Source: a virus. Taken from it: a DNA stretch of 64,000 bases. This document shows, one piece after another, positions 17,458-23,312 of the stretch. The DNA lies in IMG/VR virus record IMGVR_UViG_3300036398_001591, positions 1-64,000 of that record; one strand, written 5' to 3'. A model generated the notes under the pieces. The model saw nothing but the letters and a program-made list of their open reading frames with translations, made no database searches and was not told the DNA's origin. Position numbers and translations under genes: made by a program. Within the stretch, counting starts at the first letter, position 1; the number at the start of each line of letters is the position of its first letter.

Positions 17458-17943
17458 TTAAGCAACCATTTCTTGTTCTGCAAGAATCCGCTTTAGACGG
17501 TCTGCACAAAAAGAAGCGGCTGGTGCATCTGGTTTAACCATTGGTGTCATGTTACATGTACCTTTGATATAACCAATTGCTTGTTGAACAACACAAGAAG
17601 AACCATGTTCATCAGACTTGTTAAGGTCCAGGTGAACTTCAACATGCCGATCTTCCAACACATCTTGCAATTCTTGAAACAGTTCGGATACTTTGTAAAC
17701 TTCTGTCATCAAACGCATTGCAGGTTTGGATTTTTTGTGGTCATAATCCAATTCACGATCAACAAATCCGAAGATTTTACAACCGTGGCGACCATCGATA
17801 TGAACCACGACAGCCAAAGCGTAATCTGCATACCAAACGCCGTTAACACGCATACGTTCGGAATCCGCACCAAGGTAAACACGTGTGTCTGAACCTTGAG
17901 CCATAATAAAATCTTTTACTTTTTGGATATCAAAATTTTTCAT
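17458..17943 (-). CDS. RNase H-like YkuK (DUF458) family protein
   Basis: VYLGADS, RLMTEV, EVHLDLN, VKPDAPAASFCAD. Confidence 0.8.
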   Translation of the reverse strand: MKNFDIQKVKDFIMAQGSDTRVYLGADSERMRVNGVWYADYALAVVVHIDGRHGCKIFGFVDRELDYDHKKSKPAMRLMTEVYKVSELFQELQDVLEDRHVEVHLDLNKSDEHGSSCVVQQAIGYIKGTCNMTPMVKPDAPAASFCADRLKRILAEQEMVA

Positions 17944-17957
17944 ATCATTTCCTTTAA

Positions 17958-18031
17958 TGGCATCCCGCGAGAGATTCGAACTCCCACCAAGGGTTTTGGA
18001 GACCCGTATGCTGCCGTTACACTAGCGAGAT
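17958..18031 (-). tRNA. tRNA-Trp (CCA)
   Basis: Loop CT-CCA-AA, G73, CCA. Confidence 0.92.
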
Positions 18032-18243
18032 ATATTTTTTATTGCTTGAGTTTCATCATTATATCTTGTTGTTTTATCCACTTCTGAATTTTTCAACTTG
18101 ACACTTTCAAATGCTTCATCCTCAATTTTTTGATCTTCTTCTTCTTTCAAATCACGACAAAAGATTGCATCCCAACGTTTTGAGTATTCGTCATTTGCAA
18201 TGCTGAATGGTCGTGGGCTTGAACCTTTTCCACCATCACTCAT
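18022..18243 (-). CDS. Hypothetical protein (GGKGSSPRP family)
   Basis: 73 aa ORF with AGGAG RBS. Confidence 0.6.
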   Translation of the reverse strand: MSDGGKGSSPRPFSIANDEYSKRWDAIFCRDLKEEEDQKIEDEAFESVKLKNSEVDKTTRYNDETQAIKNISR

Positions 18244-18263
18244 ATCTAACTCCTATAAAAAAA

Positions 18264-18338
18264 TGGCCGGTCCTGAGAGAATCAAACTCCCACTTCAAGG
18301 TTCGTAGCCTTGTGTAATATTCATTTTACTAAGGACCG
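18264..18338 (-). tRNA. tRNA-Arg (ACG)
   Basis: Loop CT-ACG-AA, CCA. Confidence 0.88.
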
Positions 18339-18341
18339 AAT

Positions 18342-18416
18342 TGGTGGTGCTAGAAGGTACCGAGCCTTCCTCATCGGCTTATGAAACCGTTACGCATCCG
18401 TCTACGTCATAGCACC
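18342..18416 (-). tRNA. tRNA-Met (CAT), atypical T loop
   Basis: Loop TT-CAT-AA, T loop CTCGGTA, CCA. Confidence 0.75.
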
Positions 18417-18422
18417 GAAATA

Positions 18423-18497
18423 TGGTGGAAGTACGGGGAATCGAACCCCGAACTGTAACTTGCAAGGCTACTGCGTTCCCAATTACGCCATACCCCC
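18423..18497 (-). tRNA. tRNA-Ala (TGC)
   Basis: G3-U70, loop CT-TGC-AA, CCA. Confidence 0.93.
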
Positions 18498-18502
18498 ATA
18501 TA

Positions 18503-18567
18503 CAACAGAGTAGTTTTTTGCGGTTTCAATTACAAGTTGAATGCTTTTATTTGCTGAACCTACTCTA
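18503..18567 (-). ncRNA. Y-RNA-like element 4 (anticodon stem-loop-like insert)
   Basis: AGAGUAG-GUUCAGCA...CUACUCU-GUUG, ends identical to element 2; insert UUCAA-CUUGUAA-UUGAA. Confidence 0.65.
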
Positions 18568-18571
18568 AAAC

Positions 18572-18647
18572 TGGCTCCGGTCTCAGGATTCGAACCTGAC
18601 TTCAAGGATTAACAGTCCTCCGCCCACACCTAGTTTGCTTCACCGGA
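18572..18647 (-). tRNA. tRNA-Asn (GTT)
   Basis: Loop CT-GTT-AA, G73, CCA. Confidence 0.88.
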
Positions 18648-18654
18648 ATAAAAA

Positions 18655-18722
18655 TAACAGGATGATTTTTGTCGCTAGACAACCAAAAAGTTTAGCTAAT
18701 TTTATTTGCTGTACTCATCCTA
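18655..18722 (-). ncRNA. Y-RNA-like element 5
   Basis: AGGAUGA-GUACAGCA...UCAUCCU-GUUA. Confidence 0.62.
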
Positions 18723-18727
18723 AAAAC

Positions 18728-18801
18728 TGGTCTCGATGGCAAGAATCGAACTTGCGCTACATGGTCCCAAACCACGGGTGATGCCATTTCACTACACCGA
18801 G
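18728..18801 (-). tRNA. tRNA-Pro (TGG)
   Basis: Loop TT-TGG-GA, CCA. Confidence 0.92.
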
Positions 18802-18806
18802 AAAAC

Positions 18807-18872
18807 TGGAGCAGTCACTACGATTCCCACGTAGATAATGGGTGGACCCCATCACGGTTAATATCCGACTGC
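18807..18872 (-). ncRNA. Degenerate D-armless tRNA-like RNA with a Gly-type acceptor
   Basis: GCAGUCG/UGACUGC-UCCA acceptor, hairpin around UCC, T-position hairpin CUACG-UGGGAAU-CGUAG; 66 nt. Confidence 0.6.
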
Positions 18873-18879
18873 ATAAAAC

Positions 18880-18953
18880 TGGAGCGGAGTGAGAGAATCG
18901 AACTCTCAACAACAGATTGGAAATCTGTAGTTTTACCATTAAACTAACCCCGC
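18880..18953 (-). tRNA. tRNA-Gly (TCC)
   Basis: Loop TT-TCC-AA, U73, CCA. Confidence 0.93.
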
Positions 18954-18961
18954 AAAAAACT

Positions 18962-19035
18962 TGGTGCCCCATGACAGAATCGAACTGCCGTAACCTGATT
19001 ACAAAACAGGTGTAATACCATTATACTAATAGGGC
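18962..19035 (-). tRNA. tRNA-Thr (TGT)
   Basis: Loop TT-TGT-AA, CCA. Confidence 0.9.
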
Positions 19036-19040
19036 GAAAC

Positions 19041-19114
19041 TGGTAGCGGGTGACAGATTCGAACTGCCGATGCACCTGGCTTATGAGACCGGTGTGGTGG
19101 CCACCCTACCCGCA
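19041..19114 (-). tRNA. tRNA-fMet-like (CAT) with minimal D loop
   Basis: 1:72 mismatch, loop CT-CAT-AA, D arm GUGG-CCA-CCAC, CCA. Confidence 0.72.
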
Positions 19115-19150
19115 AATCTTATTATAACATACTCTATATATGTTGGCAAC

Positions 19151-19238
19151 TGGTGGAGCCTGAAGGAATCGAACCATCCGCCAACCACCCTTCAATTAAA
19201 GGCAACGGATTTACAGTCCGCTGAAGGGAACAGGCTCC
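19151..19238 (-). tRNA. tRNA-Tyr (GTA), lacking a canonical D arm
   Basis: GGAGCCU/AGGCUCC-ACCA, GCGGA-CUGUAAA-UCCGU, long variable region, GUUCGAUU. Confidence 0.72.
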
Positions 19239-19244
19239 TAAAAC

Positions 19245-19319
19245 TGGTACCGATGGACAATTTCGAAATGTCGGCCTTTCGCTTATCAAGCGAATGCTCT
19301 TCCTCTGAGCTACATCGGT
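19245..19319 (-). tRNA. tRNA-Ile (GAT)
   Basis: Loop TT-GAT-AA, CCA. Confidence 0.9.
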
Positions 19320-19325
19320 AAAAAC

Positions 19326-19400
19326 TGGCGGTCCTAAGGGGTAACGATCCCCTTCTTTTGGCGTGACAAGCCAACGTGCGTCCATGAACACTTTAGAACC
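19326..19400 (-). tRNA. tRNA-Asp (GTC)
   Basis: Loop TT-GTC-AC, G73, CCA. Confidence 0.88.
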
Positions 19401-19407
19401 TAAAACA

Positions 19408-19483
19408 TGGTGCCCTAGGAGAGACTCGAACTCTCAGAACCTGGTTTCTAAGACCAGTACGTATACCATTCCGTCACCAGGGC
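19408..19483 (-). tRNA. tRNA-Leu (TAG), short variable arm
   Basis: Loop CT-TAG-AA, CCA. Confidence 0.85.
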
Positions 19484-19493
19484 AAAAATCCTT

Positions 19494-19568
19494 TGGTGTG
19501 GGTGGAGAATTTCGAAATCTCGACTCTCTGGTTAAAAGCCAGATACTCTGCCTCTGAGTTACACCCAC
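19494..19568 (-). tRNA. tRNA-Lys (TTT)
   Basis: Loop CT-TTT-AA, CCA. Confidence 0.92.
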
Positions 19569-19572
19569 ATAT

Positions 19573-19627
19573 TACCATATTAAAACATACTGCGTATTTT
19601 CAGCCAGTAGTGTGCTTTAATATGGTA
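19573..19627 (-). repeat. Long-stem hairpin element (copy B), overlapping the tRNA-Glu CCA
   Basis: TACCATATTAAA...TTTAATATGGTA inverted repeat. Confidence 0.55.
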
Positions 19628-19697
19628 CTCCGTACCAGAATCGAACTGGTCTTATCGGGTTGAAAACCCGGTGTCCTAACCGATAGACGAACGGAGT
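19623..19697 (-). tRNA. tRNA-Glu (TTC)
   Basis: Loop TT-TTC-AA, CCA. Confidence 0.92.
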
Positions 19698-19700
19698 AAA

Positions 19701-19725
19701 AATTACACTTAACTTTTTAAAGAAC
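19701..19725 (-). promoter_or_regulatory. boxA-like 25-bp leader repeat (copy 1)
   Basis: Minus strand GTTCTTTAAAAAGTTAAGTGTAATT, identical at 20680..20704. Confidence 0.55.
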
Positions 19726-19754
19726 ATTTGATTGATTTCTCAATTCATGGATGA

Positions 19755-19808
19755 ATTATAGCACAACCAGAATCTTTGTCAACCATGTTGTTGTAATTTA
19801 ACAACAAC
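19755..19808 (-). promoter_or_regulatory. Sigma70-type promoter with TGTTG-N8-CAACA palindrome
   Basis: TTGACA, 16 bp, TATAAT with TGn extension; palindrome at 19789-19806. Confidence 0.75.
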
Positions 19809-19814
19809 TAAATT

Positions 19815-19890
19815 TGGAGTCGGTGACAGGATTCGAACCTGCATGTAACGGATTTGCAATCCGCTCCCTAGCCTTTCGGGTCACACCGAC
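19815..19890 (-). tRNA. tRNA-Cys (GCA)
   Basis: Loop TT-GCA-AA, U73, CCA. Confidence 0.92.
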
Positions 19891-19891
19891 A

Positions 19892-20080
19892 TTAATCTTT
19901 TTTGCGAGATATCCATCCATTGTACAACGGATCTTTCACCTCATCAACACCGAACTTACCAACAACTTCAAAGTCTGTACCTTTGATAGTCACAAACTCA
20001 TTCATATGTTTAGCAAGATTCATTGCTTCGGCGAGTGTAAGAACCTTAAATGATTCTTCTTTTCCTATCACTTTAAACAT
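19892..20080 (-). CDS. Small hypothetical protein
   Basis: ORF fills the gap between two tRNAs; RBS-like AAGGTGAG. Confidence 0.6.
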   Translation of the reverse strand: MFKVIGKEESFKVLTLAEAMNLAKHMNEFVTIKGTDFEVVGKFGVDEVKDPLYNGWISRKKD

Positions 20081-20094
20081 ACTCACCTTTCATT

Positions 20095-20186
20095 TGGTAC
20101 CTCGACTGAGAATCGAACTCAGATGAACCAATTATCTGTTGCTTACGGGATATAAATCCGCCGTTTTACCATTAAACTACCGAGGC
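20095..20186 (-). tRNA. tRNA with TAT anticodon and long variable arm (nominally Ile)
   Basis: GCCUCGG acceptor, D arm, loop TT-TAT-AT, about 22-nt variable region, GUUCGAUU, CCA. Confidence 0.7.
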
Positions 20187-20187
20187 A

Positions 20188-20277
20188 TGGTGGAGAGTCT
20201 GGGAGTCGAACCCAGTGACCTTATCTCTAAAGCCTGCGGTTTAGCAAACCGGTGCATTACCATCCTGCCCACTCTCC
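20188..20277 (-). tRNA. tRNA-Ser (GCT)
   Basis: Loop TT-GCT-AA, long variable arm, CCA. Confidence 0.9.
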
Positions 20278-20417
20278 AATTCTTCAATCCTATTTGCCGC
20301 TTCTTCAAGCAAATCGGCAATTCTATCTGGTGCATTTTCTTGCACAGACTTCCTTGTAGGAATTTGCCTACGAATTTCGGCACGTTTTCTCAAACGAAAA
20401 ACTAAATCTTCATTCAT
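20241..20417 (-). CDS. 58-aa hypothetical protein overlapping tRNA-Ser(GCT)
   Basis: AGGAG RBS; MNEDLVFRLRKRAEIRRQIPTRKSVQENAPDRIADLLEEAANRIEELESGQDGNAPVC. Confidence 0.7.
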   Translation of the reverse strand: MNEDLVFRLRKRAEIRRQIPTRKSVQENAPDRIADLLEEAANRIEELESGQDGNAPVC

Positions 20418-20432
20418 AAGAACTCCTAAAAT

Positions 20433-20524
20433 TGGTGGAAACGGTGAGATTCGAACTCACGGACCCATTTCTGAATCGACAGTTTTCAAGACTGTAGCAA
20501 TAAACCGGACTCTGCCACGTTTCC
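20433..20524 (-). tRNA. tRNA-Ser (TGA)
   Basis: Loop CT-TGA-AA, long variable arm, CCA. Confidence 0.93.
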
Positions 20525-20530
20525 AATTAA

Positions 20531-20605
20531 CCATATAAAAACACATTGTTACACCCAATAGGATAATAATCCTCATACGAGAATCACCAATGTGTTTCTA
20601 TATGG
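20531..20605 (-). repeat. Long-stem hairpin element (copy C), overlapping the tRNA-Gln CCA
   Basis: CCATATAAAAACACATTG...CAATGTGTTTCTATATGG inverted repeat. Confidence 0.55.
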
Positions 20606-20676
20606 CACCCGAAATAAGAATCGAACTTATACTAACAGAGTCAAAGTCTGCTGTGCTACCACTACACCATTCGGGA
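20603..20676 (-). tRNA. tRNA-Gln (TTG)
   Basis: Loop CT-TTG-AC, G73, CCA. Confidence 0.9.
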
Positions 20677-20679
20677 TCA

Positions 20680-20704
20680 AATTACACTTAACTTTTTAAA
20701 GAAC
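20680..20704 (-). promoter_or_regulatory. boxA-like 25-bp leader repeat (copy 2)
   Basis: Identical to 19701..19725. Confidence 0.55.
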
Positions 20705-20711
20705 TGTGTGT

Positions 20712-20764
20712 ATTGTACATGATTCTTAATCTTTGTCAATACATGTTGTTGTAAGATTACAACA
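20712..20764 (-). promoter_or_regulatory. Sigma70-type promoter with TGTTGTAA-GA-TTACAACA palindrome
   Basis: TTGACA (20734-20739), 16 bp, TACAAT (20712-20717); palindrome at 20747-20764. Confidence 0.7.
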
Positions 20765-20772
20765 CTTCCAAA

Positions 20773-20805
20773 CAAAAAACCCTCAGAACTTTCGTTGTGA
20801 GGGTT
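20773..20805 (-). terminator. Intrinsic terminator (candidate attenuator)
   Basis: AACCCUCA-C-AAC-GAAA-GUU-C-UGAGGGUU followed by a U tract. Confidence 0.8.
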
Positions 20806-20831
20806 GTGAAACTTTAGTTTACTTTTATGTA

Positions 20832-20948
20832 TTACTTAATTCCACTAACCCTTCCGTGCGCCCATGACTGATTATCGCTACCAATAAACGGTGTGCGATA
20901 CTCGGCTGTCAAGCAAGATTTCGAGGGGGTTGAAGTTATTTTAATCAT
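20832..20948 (-). CDS. Putative leaderless 38-aa attenuator leader peptide containing all 20 amino acids
   Basis: MIKITSTPSKSCLTAEYRTPFIGSDNQSWAHGRVSGIK; ATG 7 nt after the -10 box; 3' end complementary to the terminator 5' arm. Confidence 0.65.
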   Translation of the reverse strand: MIKITSTPSKSCLTAEYRTPFIGSDNQSWAHGRVSGIK

Positions 20949-20954
20949 AGTGTT

Positions 20955-20983
20955 ATTATATAGGCTTTTTTTATTATTGGCAA
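20955..20983 (-). promoter_or_regulatory. Sigma70-type promoter
   Basis: TTGCCA (20978-20983), 17 bp, TATAAT (20955-20960). Confidence 0.78.
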
Positions 20984-21002
20984 CCATTTTTTTAAAAAAA
21001 TT

Positions 21003-21731
21003 TTAAATATTTTCCCACTTACCATGTTCGATTGGAACCCAATGTGCAGGATCACGGACAATTTCAAATGAAGTTGGTGGCCATGTGATACCATGGCTTG
21101 CAAGATGTGTTTGCATCAGGTATTCGGGATTGTATTTGATACCTCGATTGTACATCTGATCGAAATGATCTACTGCATCCGCATAGATAGACATTGCGAT
21201 TGGTAATCCAATGGCAAATTGGTCATTGAAGTTTGGTTCATAACCATAACGCTGATTGTTAGGTGTATATATTGTACCTGGTGATTCCAATAAACATCTG
21301 TGAGCCAACTGCAAATCAATCGGCTCAGATAAACCAAAATCTGTACGTGAACGAATCACCAAATCATAATCATCAAGTTCTCTACGCCATTTATCACAAT
21401 ATTGGAGACACTTGTATTGTTGCCAAACATTTGTTGGTGTGCTGTTATATGCTTCGTATTCTCTTGGTGCATCTTCGATTGCTGAAGGATCAAGCACCTC
21501 AATGAATTTGATTTTATACCAAGGCGGTAGATGTGCTTGTAGTTTATCTCTGACTTGGCCGGCAGATTTCAAATCACACCAATTCTTGGAGATTTTTGGA
21601 TCCCAACCAAATGGCCTTCGCCAAAGTACAATGTACAAATCGATTGCGGATTTAGTTAGATTTTGGAGTTGTGAATCAAAGTCGACCGAAAATCGTGGAT
21701 TACCGGTTAGAAGAAGTGCTGTTTTCGTCAT
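21003..21731 (-). CDS. Hypothetical protein, glycosyltransferase-like
   Basis: ALLLTGNPR, YDLVIRSRTD, NDQFAIG, PEYLM motifs typical of phage glyco-enzymes. Confidence 0.6.
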   Translation of the reverse strand: MTKTALLLTGNPRFSVDFDSQLQNLTKSAIDLYIVLWRRPFGWDPKISKNWCDLKSAGQVRDKLQAHLPPWYKIKFIEVLDPSAIEDAPREYEAYNSTPTNVWQQYKCLQYCDKWRRELDDYDLVIRSRTDFGLSEPIDLQLAHRCLLESPGTIYTPNNQRYGYEPNFNDQFAIGLPIAMSIYADAVDHFDQMYNRGIKYNPEYLMQTHLASHGITWPPTSFEIVRDPAHWVPIEHGKWENI

Positions 21732-22239
21732 TCAAATATTTCCATTTTATATCGATTTTTTCTATAGGACCATCAGGATTACTGATACCCTCAAACACAT
21801 TCCATAGTTCTTCTTTGACTGCAAACTTAGTCCACAGTCCAGTTTCTAGACTGTATGCTTCTAATTCCCATGGATGTTGATAGTAATCTATAGCATCAGC
21901 ATCGATTGAAATTCCTTTCCATTTGGAAAGAGTTTCATTTGTTTCACCGTGGGCAAACTGTTTGATGTGTACCATCTCATGTGCAAGTGTTCTTAGTATT
22001 TCTGCGGCACCGAGCCATGGATGTATTTCAATTAAAAATTCTCTTGCCTTGTTTGAAGCATTATATTCTTCTATTGATGCGAGAGCCCAAACAGTTAATT
22101 TTGGATTGAACTTGACCGTCAGATAAATGTTATCTCTTAGTCTTTTGGAGTGTATTAGATTTTGAGCGTAAAACTCTACTGCCCTTTCTACAAAGGGTTT
22201 GAAATCTTTATCCGGACAGTTAATTATTCTGACCTTCAT
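21700..22239 (-). CDS. Zinc metallopeptidase-like protein (HExxH)
   Basis: TLAHEMVHIKQ ... PWELEAY. Confidence 0.8.
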   Translation of the reverse strand: MKVRIINCPDKDFKPFVERAVEFYAQNLIHSKRLRDNIYLTVKFNPKLTVWALASIEEYNASNKAREFLIEIHPWLGAAEILRTLAHEMVHIKQFAHGETNETLSKWKGISIDADAIDYYQHPWELEAYSLETGLWTKFAVKEELWNVFEGISNPDGPIEKIDIKWKYLNDENSTSSNR

Positions 22240-22294
22240 TTTTGTCTCCAGTTGCTATCAATATTTAGGTACTGGAAAATTTCATAATGTGAAA

Positions 22295-22771
22295 TTAAAC
22301 TTGAGTTATTTCTACTCCTGCTTTCTCCAAGAATCGAAGGCCCGCATCAGAACGATAACTATTACGATAATACACAGAATTGATACCACTTTGATAAACA
22401 AGTTTGGCGCAATCAAGGCAAGGGGCATGAGTAACAAAGAGAGAAGCACCGTTGCCAGACTCAGTGCTTTTTGCGAGTTTTGCGATGGCGTTGGTTTCTG
22501 CATGAAGTACCTCCGGTTTTGTTACAAGTTTATAACGAAGCCATGGAAGATTTTCAGTTTTTGGTAACTGTTGTTCAGACCAGTCTCCATCATCACAATA
22601 AATTTTATCTTCACAAACATTATCCCAACCAGAGGGCATTCCATTGTAACCAATAGAAATGATGCGGTCATCTTTTACGATAATCGCACCAACATGAAGT
22701 CTCACGGCAGACGAAAGACTCGCAAAAGTCTCTGCGGTTTTCATATACGCATCAATAAATTTTTGTTTCAC
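22295..22771 (-). CDS. cd: dCMP deaminase
   Basis: GYNGMP, HAETNAI, PCLDC. Confidence 0.92.
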   Translation of the reverse strand: MKQKFIDAYMKTAETFASLSSAVRLHVGAIIVKDDRIISIGYNGMPSGWDNVCEDKIYCDDGDWSEQQLPKTENLPWLRYKLVTKPEVLHAETNAIAKLAKSTESGNGASLFVTHAPCLDCAKLVYQSGINSVYYRNSYRSDAGLRFLEKAGVEITQV

Positions 22772-23181
22772 TTAGTTTGTTCCGCTAATATCTTATAACC
22801 TTTACCCGTTGGATGAATACCATCGGCACTCATGTTACCAACAGGCCTTAAAAGTACAACATCACCATATTCTTTTGCAATTTTTGTCATTGCTTCATGC
22901 GGAATAGGTTTGCGGTCTTTTCCCGGATCAATCCAAAAGACACGTTTGCCTTTAATTGCTTCACGCATCTTTCTCAGTTCTTGTTCCGTTTTCACACCTT
23001 TGTGGTCATTTGCACCAAGGCTGATAATGATTGTTTCATAAGGTTTTGTGGTAGACTGGCTCAAGTAATCTTTATTCCACTGCCAACTATTCCAACCACC
23101 TTTAGAATAAGAAACACATTCTTTACGAACCATTGAAACACCAACGGCGATAGAATCACCTATAATCATGCAATCAATCAT
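22768..23181 (-). CDS. SGNH/GDSL hydrolase-like protein
   Basis: GDSIA, SLGAND, DGIHP. Confidence 0.85.
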   Translation of the reverse strand: MIDCMIIGDSIAVGVSMVRKECVSYSKGGWNSWQWNKDYLSQSTTKPYETIIISLGANDHKGVKTEQELRKMREAIKGKRVFWIDPGKDRKPIPHEAMTKIAKEYGDVVLLRPVGNMSADGIHPTGKGYKILAEQTK

Positions 23182-23312
23182 AGCGTTTCGTATTCGTCTT
23201 TACCAACACCACATTCTGGACACAAAAAGTCATCAGGTAAAGTATCCCATGCGCCTTCTAGTTCCTCATCGTGGACATGTCCACATACTACACATACATG
23301 ATCCGGACTCAT
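23178..23312 (-). CDS. Rubredoxin
   Basis: Below the ORF-track cutoff: MSPDHVCVVCGHVHDEELEGAWDTLPDDFLCPECGVGKDEYETL. Confidence 0.9.
   Translation of the reverse strand: MSPDHVCVVCGHVHDEELEGAWDTLPDDFLCPECGVGKDEYETL

Noticed and set aside
18757-20405. Short ORFs called across the tRNA array (e.g. 18757, 19070, 19134, 19363, 19814, 20139, 20177)
   Set aside because: They translate tRNA genes or lie antisense or out of frame to real ORFs
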